NCBI GenBank assembly: GCA_977018835.1
Contig: OZ361259.1
Coordinates: 2,170,001 to 2,234,000 of the forward strand
Length of the DNA: 64,000 nucleotides
Direction: 5' to 3'
Origin: Minutocellus sp. GHC0000111
Taxonomy: Eukaryota
Every line of letters starts with the position of its first letter. The first letter of the stretch is position 1. The notes under the pieces were generated by a model. That model had not been told where the DNA came from, made no database searches, and was given only the letters and a program-made list of their open reading frames with translations. The translations under genes and the position numbers were made by a program. Of this stretch, positions 22,533 through 32,626 are shown piece by piece.

Positions 22533-23627
22533 ATGGGCGGAAGATCAGCACCAGCAGCTGCCCTGCGCAGCTTAGTTGGCCGGAAATATACATCTGAAAG
22601 AAAGCTGCATGTAACAGCAAAAGGTGTAAGGTGCTGCTCCTCGAAAAGTACTAGTAACAACAACAGCGACACAAATGACGACCCAACGAAGCCGCCAGTG
22701 GTTCACGTTCACAGCGCACTGGCATCGGGATGCATGGACTACACCAGATCGTGGGCATGGCAGCAGACGCTGCTGAATCGACGTCTGGACTATCAGCGAG
22801 CGCAGAGGCAACAAGTGGACCTGTCAGAACGAGACGATGCCGATGCCAACCGAGATCGGATCCTCCTCTTTGAGCACAATCCCGTCTACACTTTGGGGAG
22901 AGGGGCTGACGAGACCCATTTAGCGTTCCTGGATTCTGACCCAGATGGAAAGGATGCTGCGGCCGAGAAACGTAAAAAGCTCAGCCGCAAGGCTCGTGGT
23001 CCTGATTCGGCACGATTGGCGGTGGATAGGTTGAACAGTATTGGTGTACCATCGCCCAACGAAGGCGACGACGTTGCCACACTCAATACTGCGGTGAATG
23101 CATTGGCAGGATGCTGTTCGCCGGTGTATGCCCCGAACAATGCCCCCATTTACCGTGTCGAGCGAGGTGGGGAGGTCACTTATCATGGTCCGGGGCAGAT
23201 TGTTGGGTATCCTCTCCTGGATCTGAGAGAATTTCCCTACAAACAGGACTTGCATTGGTACTTGCGAATGGTGGAGGAGGTTGTCATTGAAACACTCAAA
23301 GCATACGACATCGAGGGTTGTCGAGATGAGGAAAATACAGGCGTATGGGTCGGAGATGACAAGGTGGCGGCCGTTGGCGTGTCTTCATCCCGTTGGATCA
23401 CCACTCACGGATTTGCAATCAACGTTTGTCCAGACCTGAAATATTTTGACACATCTATTATTATACCCTGCGGCATTGAAGGGAAGGGGGTGACAAGCAT
23501 TTCTCAAATACTGCAAGAACGGGGCATTATTGAGCAAGTAAAACTGTTGGATGTTGCCAATACTGTCGTTCAGTCTTTTGAGAAAGTATTTGGGGTCGAG
23601 ACCACTGAAGGAATTTCTTTGAGATAG
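22533..23627 (+). CDS. lipB: Lipoyl(octanoyl) transferase LipB/LIP2
   Basis: LFEHNPVYTLGR, VERGGEVTYHGPGQIVGYP, KVAAVGV, WITTHGFAINV, IIPCGI. Confidence 0.95.
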   Translation: MGGRSAPAAALRSLVGRKYTSERKLHVTAKGVRCCSSKSTSNNNSDTNDDPTKPPVVHVHSALASGCMDYTRSWAWQQTLLNRRLDYQRAQRQQVDLSERDDADANRDRILLFEHNPVYTLGRGADETHLAFLDSDPDGKDAAAEKRKKLSRKARGPDSARLAVDRLNSIGVPSPNEGDDVATLNTAVNALAGCCSPVYAPNNAPIYRVERGGEVTYHGPGQIVGYPLLDLREFPYKQDLHWYLRMVEEVVIETLKAYDIEGCRDEENTGVWVGDDKVAAVGVSSSRWITTHGFAINVCPDLKYFDTSIIIPCGIEGKGVTSISQILQERGIIEQVKLLDVANTVVQSFEKVFGVETTEGISLR

Positions 23628-23910
23628 TAATAGAGAGTCAGCTTCCGTAATTTCGGTATACATAGGCTCCTATACAGACAATATCACATCGCACACAACA
23701 CTTTGAATAGGCACACTCTCTTTTCGCGGCGCCCTTCACAATATATCCTAATAGATAGCTGACAACGCACCATGGCAAGTGTTCAATTTTCAGTTTTTGT
23801 CACAGCCAAAATTCTATTTTACGATGGTCTATCTGCGCACTTGAGTCTTATTGTCCCTCAGCTGCGTACATTCTCCAGTGAATTGGTCAGAACAAAGGAG
23901 AAGATTGGGA

Positions 23911-25474
23911 TCAAAACGAATCGTCGCTATCGTCGCCAGCAAGATCAATCGTCTGCTTCTCTCGTGCCTTTTTCTGATTCTTTTCACTCCGGGAATTTTC
24001 ATCAGTAGATGCTGCAGTAGAGCTCGACTTTGCCTTTGTCTTTTTCATCGCATCGCGCTTCTTGCGATATGTCTCAAAGTCATCGATACCGCCTTGACTT
24101 TCGGCGAAGATCCCTCCCGGCCCCCACATCTCCGTGGCACCACTGTATGGATTCGCTCTAGCTTGCGACTGGGAGGCGCCGAGATCATCCTAGTCGTCAT
24201 CCCCGTCATCATCACTACTGTCTCGGACCGCTCGTGACGAGAGTTTCTTGGAAGGGGAGTCATCCCCGTTGTGACGAGCCGACTTCTTTGCCTTTGTTGC
24301 CTCGTCATGTCGTGTGCGCTTTGCCGATGGCTTTGTACTAGTAGCAGTGCTGGTCGTAGAAGCAACCTTGCGGCTTGTTCCGTTCGACTTCGCGGCCGCC
24401 GAAGGCTTTTTCTTGGCAGGCCCTGCCGCCATCATCTCGACCATATCAGCATCCCACATCAACTCCTCTTGCTCATTGTGGTTTTAGCAGCCGACAGTTC
24501 CTCGGGAGCCAAAGCATTTTGAACCAAGGGCTCGACTCTCACCGTCTTCTTCTTCTTCTCGTCGGAAAGCTCCTTCTTGGCATCTCTCAGGTCAGACTTG
24601 ACACGATTGTAAAGCACCAGGAAACGTTCTGTCAATCCGTCCTTCTCCTTCTGCCACTTGTCATCCAGTTTGGACGCCGTGTCCTTCCATCCCGTCATGT
24701 CGGCCTTGGCCTTGGAAAGGTCGGCCCGTAGCTCAGCAATATCCTTGTTGGCATCGCGAAGAGAGGTGGTTAGGAATGAAGCGAACAGATACGCATTGTT
24801 GCCATTGTTACCGGCCGCCGAGCCACTCTCGAGGAAATCACTCCAAACCACCTTGACGATGCCACTATTCAGACGTTCCCTGGCGGTCATCTTTATCTTT
24901 GGAGGTTTAGCAGCGTCGCCAATACATGTATCAATCAGACCAAAAGATATGGTAATGCTGGAATTGTTTTCATCGAGGAGTAGCAAAGGTAGGCTCTCCG
25001 TGCTCTCGCTAGTGCTTTTGAGATCTCCCCTTTTGATGCTGCGTTGATGGAAGAATGTGTTTGGTGAAGATATTGACCATTGAGCGGTGCGTTACATTGT
25101 ACAAACCAATGCCTCGAGCACATCCAGTGCAAACGATGGTGATGACCACTGTCTGAGATACCGCAAAATAATGCTCATTTAATTCAATTCATTCACTGAG
25201 AGAGCTTCACTCACCGACCACAGTAGGTCCTGGAACCATCCGTGAACATTAGCATCAAGGCAGAAGGCGATGCCTTGGCGTCATCGCCACCACGTCCATT
25301 GCTGGCCGACTCCTCCTTGGACTTGAAGCACGCAAGGATGGATGGCGTTGATTTGCCTTTCTCGGAAGTTTGGAGCGTGACTTCTCTCGTGCCGACGCAG
25401 ATGAACGTCGAGGGAGAAGGCAACGTACCGTCGCCATCCGATCCGAGATCGAGGTCGCTATCCGAGTCACCCAT
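23911..25474 (-). CDS. XRCC4: XRCC4-like NHEJ protein, with a frameshift (~24480) and in-frame TAG (24190) in the C-terminal tail
   Basis: Head-domain-like LMFTDGSRTYCGRI (intron 25039-25214, GTGAG..CAG). A coiled coil ends in KEKDGLTERFLVLYNRVKSDLR, resembling the ligase-IV-binding segment of XRCC4 (LYKRFILVLNEKKTKIR). Confidence 0.65.
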
Positions 25475-25652
25475 TGCGCTGCTGCTACTGCTGCGGTACG
25501 CCCCAGATTTATTATGCGCCGGAGTGGTGAATTCGAGAATGGGATCAATGATGACTGGTCCCGCGCGAGGCTCTCGCTGCCTGCTGATAGCGCGGAAACC
25601 GCCACAAATAAACGCGAGGAGGCGTTGAGCTAACGACCACCGAATGTGACCC

Positions 25653-26630
25653 ATGATGACGGCCCAGCACCTCCTCAAAATCGCCACCATCATCATCGCC
25701 GGGCTGGCCGTTCGGTGTAGCCCTATTAGTCTGAGTGGCAGCAACGCCCCTCCCAAGGCATATGGTCGAATTTCTCCTGACGAGTACATTCTGACGCCAG
25801 AGCAAATTGAGTGCTTCCATCGAGATGGGTGCACAACGCTTGATGATGTTCTCACGGAGGACGAGGTTGCGGATATTGAGCATACATTCAACCGGTTCTT
25901 GAATCGAGAAATTGATGTGCCGGGAAAAGACTTTTGTGACATGTCGCAGCCCTTTGGCATTCCTTTTGAGCAGTGGCGCATCGTGAACATCATGCTGCCA
26001 ACTACATATCTACCTTCTTTTCGGGACAATGTTTACGAGCGTTTGTCGGCCTGCATCGCGAGGCAGCTGTTCCCAAAGCTAGACATGACAAAAGATTACG
26101 ACCAACTTCTAAATAAGCGACCAGGCAAGAAAGATGCGGTGTTCGCTTGGCATCAGGATATGGGATATTGGCCAGGACCAAAAGCACTGGGTGTGGATGA
26201 AACTTCAACCTGTACCTTCTCTCTGGCGGTTGATGACTCCACGGAAGAGAACGGTTGTCTCCGTTATGTTCCAGGATCACAGAAAGATAAGAGGTTGAGA
26301 CCTCACGTTCCGCTTGGCAAATCGCGAGATGATGCTCACGCTCTAACGATTGAGGTGGATGAGTCAAAAGGAGATAAGATTGTGTTGGCCCCAGCAAGAC
26401 GTGGATCTGTGACCATTCATGACGAGTTCGTCGTTCATGGGAGCAGTGGCAACAGAGCCAAGGATAGACAACGTCGGACATATGTTATTGCCTATCGTCC
26501 TCGGAAGGTTGTGGAAGCCGAGCGAAAAATCGGCTTTACCCACTCGCATAACGACGAGGTGAATTGGGACACTTTTCAGGATGGAGAGTCGCATCGAAAC
26601 AAGGCAGATGACGAAGAGACTAGCTCATAG
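25653..26630 (+). CDS. Phytanoyl-CoA dioxygenase (PhyH) family 2OG-Fe(II) oxygenase with N-terminal signal-like peptide
   Basis: FHRDGC, AWHQD, DDSTEENGCLRYVPGS, GSVTIHDEFVVHGS.GN, RR.Y. Confidence 0.9.
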   Translation: MMTAQHLLKIATIIIAGLAVRCSPISLSGSNAPPKAYGRISPDEYILTPEQIECFHRDGCTTLDDVLTEDEVADIEHTFNRFLNREIDVPGKDFCDMSQPFGIPFEQWRIVNIMLPTTYLPSFRDNVYERLSACIARQLFPKLDMTKDYDQLLNKRPGKKDAVFAWHQDMGYWPGPKALGVDETSTCTFSLAVDDSTEENGCLRYVPGSQKDKRLRPHVPLGKSRDDAHALTIEVDESKGDKIVLAPARRGSVTIHDEFVVHGSSGNRAKDRQRRTYVIAYRPRKVVEAERKIGFTHSHNDEVNWDTFQDGESHRNKADDEETSS

Positions 26631-26639
26631 CTCGTACAT

Positions 26640-26713
26640 TCTATTCTATTCTATTCTATTAGACTACCAAAGTTTATACGGGCATGGGAAAGAAGACGAG
26701 TCTGGCTTATCTT
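26640..26713 (-). mobile_element. 74-bp insertion with an (ATAGA)n tail, flanked by a 16-bp direct repeat
   Basis: CTCATAGCTCGTACAT occurs at 26624-26639 and 26714-26729; (TCTAT)4 lies directly inside the left copy. Confidence 0.55.
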
Positions 26714-26753
26714 CTCATAGCTCGTACATACATGTAGTGTTCAAAACTTTGGC

Positions 26754-27860
26754 CTACATATCTGTTGATAAGTTAGAAGTAATGAATTGCATATGCTCCG
26801 GCGTAATGCCACAGCAACCACCAATCAGTTGCACTCCCAATTCGTTTACCCAAACATTTACAAAATCATTGAAATATACTTTTGGTGATAGGTCATCTCT
26901 CATAGCCTGCGCTTCTTGAGAATCCTCCAAAGACCATTGATCGGGAACTGGTGTAAGGCGGTTGGCATACGCTCCGAGTAATAAATGTCTTTCTTCAATA
27001 AGACTTTGCAGGCTAGTATTGGAACGAACATCTTCAAACGCCTTGGTCACTGCTTCCGGCTCGGCGCAATTCACAAGGACCCCAACCAAATCGACGTGTG
27101 ATTTGTCTGCTAATTGAAGAACTTTTGGGATTGCCTCCACCAAGCTTTCGCCGCTGCGGATCTTTCCCTTGCCATTGAGAGTGAATGAAACCATCATCGG
27201 CAGTTTCGTTTTCTCTGGAAGATCCCCAGCTGCCTCAATGGCCTGACTTGCCTCTTCAATTGAACTCATTGTTTCTGCCAAGAAGCAATCAACATGTGGA
27301 GCGAGCGCTGCTGTCATAACCTGATAATCTTCCACACCGCGCTTGTGTTCAGAAACTAAATCTGGACGGTAACTTTCGACAAGTGGACCCAAAGAACCAA
27401 GAACAACAGTTGTTCCATCGCCTTCTTGGGTGCTTTCCCGTGCCAATCTTCCAGCCATATCAACATACTTTGTCATTTCGTCACGGGAAAATCCTACGCC
27501 AGGCGTGATACCATATGAGTTTGTTGTTATTGCATTTGATCCTGAGTCGATGAAAGATCGGTGTACATTCTTCAGTGTCTGATGGTATCTCTCGTTGACA
27601 ACGGCCGTTGCGCTCCAGATTTTTCTATCATCGGGCACCCCTTGGCGAAACAATTCCTCTCCGGTCCCCCCATCGAGAAATAGCAATTCCCTTTTGTTCG
27701 ATCGGAGCCTTTCGAGATGAGAAGACATAGCAGATGACATCTTGTCGGAGGTGCAGGATTTAGAAGCAGTACTAGAAAATGCGTGAGCGCAAAGGAAGGA
27801 ATTCCATCTGCCGCCAGTGAATCGAGATGATGCAAACGCAAATGTAGCTAGAAGTCGCAT
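26754..27860 (-). CDS. Homocysteine S-methyltransferase family protein
   Basis: FLDGGTGEEL, WSA, ITTNSY, GSLGPL.ESYRPD, LAETMSS, VNC, GAYAN, LIGGCCGITPEH. Start uncertain (27860 or 27740). Confidence 0.92.
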   Translation of the reverse strand: MRLLATFAFASSRFTGGRWNSFLCAHAFSSTASKSCTSDKMSSAMSSHLERLRSNKRELLFLDGGTGEELFRQGVPDDRKIWSATAVVNERYHQTLKNVHRSFIDSGSNAITTNSYGITPGVGFSRDEMTKYVDMAGRLARESTQEGDGTTVVLGSLGPLVESYRPDLVSEHKRGVEDYQVMTAALAPHVDCFLAETMSSIEEASQAIEAAGDLPEKTKLPMMVSFTLNGKGKIRSGESLVEAIPKVLQLADKSHVDLVGVLVNCAEPEAVTKAFEDVRSNTSLQSLIEERHLLLGAYANRLTPVPDQWSLEDSQEAQAMRDDLSPKVYFNDFVNVWVNELGVQLIGGCCGITPEHMQFITSNLSTDM

Positions 27861-28093
27861 TGAGTCGCAAGACAGGTCCGGGTGGACTACATTGCTTGTG
27901 GACTGGAGGTTCCTGCTGAGCGATGATACGAGGGAGGGAAGCGGAGGCATAATACGCCGGAAAGATTTTTTCACTCCTGAGATGTCAGTATGTTTCTTTT
28001 TGGGAAAATATTGTTATCGAAGAGTGGATAAATGAGATTCCTAACATATTACTGGTGAATCTGTACCTAGGTACATGTAGATCTACTTGTAGC

Positions 28094-30295
28094 CTAAGCA
28101 TCCATCCCGCCAGTAGAAGTAGAAGGGAGACCAGCTGAGGCATCACCGCCACAGGAAGAATCGCCACTCGCTGCAGCTTCAACCATTTGAGAAAGCATTT
28201 CATACATGCGATCCTGGTTTGCACTTATTTCCAGATATGCCTCGTTCGTTGCCCTCATTTGGAGCATCATCGTCCATTGAAGTAGAACAAGGATAGCAAC
28301 GAGAATGAGCAAGATGAGAAGGTACATTTCTGACTTGGCTGATACCGAAGAGGCTGCGTCGGCTGACATTGCCGTTGACATCAGTGTGGATCGTCTCCTT
28401 TGTGCCTCGGATGTCAATTGAACTTCCACTGACTCCTCCTTCGCCATTTCTTTGGCCACATCTCCAACATTCCTCCCCTTCAAGGCATCAATCAGCATCA
28501 TTTTGTAGCCTGAGAACCATGAGACAAATTCACCCTTGGTCGTGTTCGTGATTATACTTCTAAACATGGTTCTCTTGATGAATCTGATTTCAAAGCGGCC
28601 AGTGATGCTGACACCTCCATCCGGAGTCGGCTCGATCAATATTTGATCGTCGACGTGAAAGCAATCTGTCATTGGCACATCCTTGACTTCGGTACGAGTC
28701 TCGATGCACATACCGTGTTCACCCCACCGGCGGAATGTTTGCGTCTTGCTCGCTGCTGCCGATGGCGGTGCCATTGGTGCATTGACAGGGTGCACATACG
28801 ACACAATACGACATAACGACATACCATCCTTCTCCGAAAGCTGCCACGGAGATACATCCAGTTCGCTATCACCGAGCTTGCGTTGATAGGACCCATAAGA
28901 GTGCTGTTCGGAATCATTCGATAAAAACATATCAAAATACTCGTCCAACGTACAAGCCAGGCGGAACCCATCGATTACCGTCTCCTCGTAGGTTGGTGTC
29001 TTGGAATCACGGTGTTTGATCCAATCTGCTCTCAACTCATCGGAAGTTTTCGACGTGGCATCGCTTGCACCATATTTCTTGGCAGTCTTCCATCCGGACT
29101 CTGATATCTTCCCTTTGCTGATTTCGTCCACCAAACTTCTCTTGCATTGCGTCTCGTCATCGGCCATGTTGGCAACAGCACATGCTGCAATATAGTTCTC
29201 TTCGCTTGCGTCCTTTTCGCCAGCTGCCTCACCCTCATCCTTGCTGGACGACTTGGGAACAGGCATCGATAGGCTGCGGCGGAACAACGCTTCGTTTGTA
29301 CTGTTGCAATCGGACTGCTTGTCATTTCCCTTGCTATTATTTTCACCCTCGCCTTCTGCCGATTCTTCGCCCAGCTCCTTCAATTGGTCGCGATTTAGCT
29401 TGTAAACGCTAACCCTGCCGTGTAAGTTGAGTAGCAGATTGAAGCAGGCATCCCGATCGGCTTGGAAGATAAAGTGAAAGGTCTTGCCACTTTCGTCCCT
29501 GATAATAATTCCGTTATCACCCATGTGAAGAATAGCGACCACTGTGGCCAGTGGAATGACTCTGCGCGCCTGCTCGAACCCAAAGATGGTAGAATGAAAG
29601 CACGCGGCTCGCGTCGCAAGGTAGAGCGTTCCATTCTTGCTCTCGTGTTTGCACAAATGCTTGGCCACGACCGTGCCAATGGCAGGGCCAAAAATTGGTG
29701 ATATGTTACTGCTACTGCTACCATCGGCATTCTTGTTGTTCTTTTCAGCGGCATCAGCTGCGGCCAGTGCAGCTTGGACGGTACTCAGACCGACGCTGGA
29801 GTTCGTTGGTGATGGACGCAAAGGAGAAGCGTCCTTAACAACTTCAGTTTCATGGCCGAGACCATTGGCATCGCTCGAGGAACGGACTGTTAGTGCCACC
29901 TTGGGCGCTGGTGGACTTTCTGGAGAAATGGCTGTATCGCTGTGAGAGCGACCAGTAGCTGGAGGAGTGGAAGCAGCGACCGCGGCGGCAGTATCCGACG
30001 CTGCCTTTTCTTCTAGAAACTTTTCTGCTCGAATCCTGGCCTCCTCCGCCGCCTCCTGCGAGGACTTGGTATCGATTTCATCTGGAGGGGAACTGTCATC
30101 AGCAGGTGCGCCGTCGTTTGTCCTGTTGCCGTCGGCTTTGTTGTCAGGCGCCTCTTCGCCCCCGTCCGACGGCTGATCAGCACCAATATCACTTGTAGGG
30201 CCTGCTACTTCCTTAGTGGGGGGCAGCATGTCTCCGGTATCGGCCGCAGGAGCGATGCTGTCGGCCTCTTCATCACCTGGCGTTGGCGTCGTCAT
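28094..30295 (-). CDS. GRAM plus VASt/StART-like sterol-transfer protein (LAM/Aster type) with C-terminal TM
   Basis: GRAM-like GTLYLATRAACFHSTIFG; VASt-like DVPMTDCFHVD..., IRFIKRTMFRSII; hydrophobic YLLILLILVAILVLLQW. Confidence 0.85.
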   Translation of the reverse strand: MTTPTPGDEEADSIAPAADTGDMLPPTKEVAGPTSDIGADQPSDGGEEAPDNKADGNRTNDGAPADDSSPPDEIDTKSSQEAAEEARIRAEKFLEEKAASDTAAAVAASTPPATGRSHSDTAISPESPPAPKVALTVRSSSDANGLGHETEVVKDASPLRPSPTNSSVGLSTVQAALAAADAAEKNNKNADGSSSSNISPIFGPAIGTVVAKHLCKHESKNGTLYLATRAACFHSTIFGFEQARRVIPLATVVAILHMGDNGIIIRDESGKTFHFIFQADRDACFNLLLNLHGRVSVYKLNRDQLKELGEESAEGEGENNSKGNDKQSDCNSTNEALFRRSLSMPVPKSSSKDEGEAAGEKDASEENYIAACAVANMADDETQCKRSLVDEISKGKISESGWKTAKKYGASDATSKTSDELRADWIKHRDSKTPTYEETVIDGFRLACTLDEYFDMFLSNDSEQHSYGSYQRKLGDSELDVSPWQLSEKDGMSLCRIVSYVHPVNAPMAPPSAAASKTQTFRRWGEHGMCIETRTEVKDVPMTDCFHVDDQILIEPTPDGGVSITGRFEIRFIKRTMFRSIITNTTKGEFVSWFSGYKMMLIDALKGRNVGDVAKEMAKEESVEVQLTSEAQRRRSTLMSTAMSADAASSVSAKSEMYLLILLILVAILVLLQWTMMLQMRATNEAYLEISANQDRMYEMLSQMVEAAASGDSSCGGDASAGLPSTSTGGMDA

Positions 30296-30641
30296 GGTTG
30301 CTTTGCTTTTGAGTTTGCTTGGCTTGCTGGTCGTTTTTGCGTCCAACTTTCGACTTACTCGACTCACTCTCGACTGACAGCCGTATCCTACCACCACCAC
30401 GATCGATCGAAAATGATGTGGATCTACAAAGGTATCAGCGCGGCAGCGTGTGGGTTTCCTGCATTGTATGTTACATGAAATGCAGTACATTGCAATTGCA
30501 ACATGTAAAAAATGATTCCAGTTCAACTCGAACTTTCTACGTAGCTAGAGATATGTTACTAGTAGATCTACAGCTGTAGATCTTCTAGGAATTCCTACAT
30601 GTATATGTGCAAATTGCTTCTCAAAAATGATCTCTTCTCTT

Positions 30642-32474
30642 CTAAACAAGAGCCTCCATGAAACTCGATTCCTTCTCAATCGATTGGACCACAGAATTGG
30701 CGACATTGCCTTCCTTGTACGATACGACTGTTGGTACTGAGAACTCCCGCAGTGCCTCGGTAATGCTCATAACGCCCATGGCTGAGGAACGACGACCAGA
30801 GAAGGGGAGTGAATCGGGTGATCGGCCGCAGGAGGCATTGATGTTGATCTTGCCAAAGATATTGGCGAAGCGATCGATAAGGTGACTACTGCCATCTCCC
30901 TTTGCCGTAAAAATGCTCGCCTGCTGGCCATAAATGCCCTCCCTCGCGTACTCTAGTACAGTTTCCATCGAATCGTATTCTGCGATTGGCACGACAGGAC
31001 CAAACTGTTCCTCCTTGTAGATGTCCATGTCAGGTGTGACCGGATAAAGCACTGCAGGTATCATCAACGTAGATTCACTGCCACCCACAATCGCCCCACC
31101 GTTCGTATTGATAATCTTGGCACCCTTGGACGTTGCATCTTGAATCAATCTCTTCATGTAATCAACGCGCTTCATGTTAGGAAGGGGCGTAATCTGCGGA
31201 TTCTCCCAGGGCAGACCAACTTTCATCGATTCGACCTTCTCCGCGATTCGTTTGGCAACCAGCTCCGCATTAGATCCCTTCGGTGCAAACATGATCTTGA
31301 GAGCCGTGCATCGCTGCCCATTGTAACTCAAACCTCCGCTCACGGCTTCCTTGATGGCACGGTCGAGAGCAGCTTCCTCCGACGATTCAAAAAGGTTTGG
31401 AAGAAAGATGGCTGGATTCTTGGCCTCCAATTGCAGAAATGCCTTGAGTCTATGAGGCTGAGGATGCTTTTGGATCAAGTCATCGGCTGCCTTGGACCCA
31501 CCGATGAATGCCAGTCCATCAATCTTTCCAGTCTCCATGAGAGGTGGCATCGTAGCGCGTCCACTACCACTAATGAAATTAATGGTTCCATGAGGCAAGG
31601 TCCTAGCGAATGCCTCCATGGTGAGAGAATGCACCAGACCACCAACAGTCGGGATCTTCATGATCACCACATTACCCATGAGCAGGGCAGGAATTAGAGT
31701 TGCGTACGTCTCATTGAGCGGGTAGTTGTAAGGTCCGAGGCACATGATGAGACCGATGGCTGCCCTCCTAACAAATGCGCGAACGGAACCAACGTGTTGC
31801 CACTCGTCGTTGTATTCGGCGGCATCGGGCATGCGAATGGCAGCAATGACCTCCTGAATGAACACCACCGTGCGATCGAACTCGGCCTCGGCATCCTTGC
31901 GATTCTTGCCAATCTCCCACATGAGGACGTTGACTATGGCCTCGCGCTGCTTGGACAGTTCCTGAACAAAGTTTTCGATGGCCTCGATACGATTCTTAAG
32001 GCTCATCAGTGGCCATTCGCCAGACCCACCGTTCCAAGCCTCGCGGGCTGCGTCCAATACCTTCAGCGCCTGGTCGGTGGAGAACTGTGGCGACTGTCCA
32101 ATGACGACGGGCTGCAGTGCCTGGCACGTTTCATCGTCGTCATCGCTGCTACCATTGCCCACGGAACAGCACCCGAGAACATCCACCATTTTATCTACTT
32201 CCATACCTGCATCGCTGGTGGACGCATCGGCGGCAGCGTATGCCTCAATGACCTTGCCATCAACGAGCGTTTTGCCAGCGACAAAGGGAGGACGTCCCTT
32301 TGACGAAGATGCGTCACTGTTGCTGCCGGTCGCTTGAGGAGTGAGGCAGACCGAGGTGGGGAAAGCCGAGGAATCAGCCTCGGCCGTAAACTGTCTCGGA
32401 TCTGCAATGGCCGCAGCCGAGAGCAGCGCGAGGGTCGTCGTTCGTCGTCGGAAGATCATCGTGGATATGAACAT
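30642..32474 (-). CDS. gapN: NADP-dependent non-phosphorylating glyceraldehyde-3-phosphate dehydrogenase (ALDH superfamily)
   Basis: CLGPYNYPLNE, ALLMGN, FIGGS, LEAKNPA, SYNGQRCTA, EEQFGPV, PFSGRRSS. Confidence 0.85.
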   Translation of the reverse strand: MFISTMIFRRRTTTLALLSAAAIADPRQFTAEADSSAFPTSVCLTPQATGSNSDASSSKGRPPFVAGKTLVDGKVIEAYAAADASTSDAGMEVDKMVDVLGCCSVGNGSSDDDDETCQALQPVVIGQSPQFSTDQALKVLDAAREAWNGGSGEWPLMSLKNRIEAIENFVQELSKQREAIVNVLMWEIGKNRKDAEAEFDRTVVFIQEVIAAIRMPDAAEYNDEWQHVGSVRAFVRRAAIGLIMCLGPYNYPLNETYATLIPALLMGNVVIMKIPTVGGLVHSLTMEAFARTLPHGTINFISGSGRATMPPLMETGKIDGLAFIGGSKAADDLIQKHPQPHRLKAFLQLEAKNPAIFLPNLFESSEEAALDRAIKEAVSGGLSYNGQRCTALKIMFAPKGSNAELVAKRIAEKVESMKVGLPWENPQITPLPNMKRVDYMKRLIQDATSKGAKIINTNGGAIVGGSESTLMIPAVLYPVTPDMDIYKEEQFGPVVPIAEYDSMETVLEYAREGIYGQQASIFTAKGDGSSHLIDRFANIFGKININASCGRSPDSLPFSGRRSSAMGVMSITEALREFSVPTVVSYKEGNVANSVVQSIEKESSFMEALV

Positions 32475-32626
32475 TCATGGAATGGCGAATAATGAGCTGG
32501 AAGTGGAAAGTGGAAGCAGGTGGAGCTCCATCCATCGAAAACGGCGCCACGTCACCTCGTCGTCACCAATGACGTCAAATCGTAATCGACCCCTTTCCAC
32601 CTCAAAATAAAACACAAAACGGAACC

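Noticed and set aside
25039..25152. Apparent in-frame TAA as a third XRCC4 lesion
   Set aside because: It falls inside the intron if the acceptor at 25039 is used, which gives a sensible CGRIKRGDL junction.
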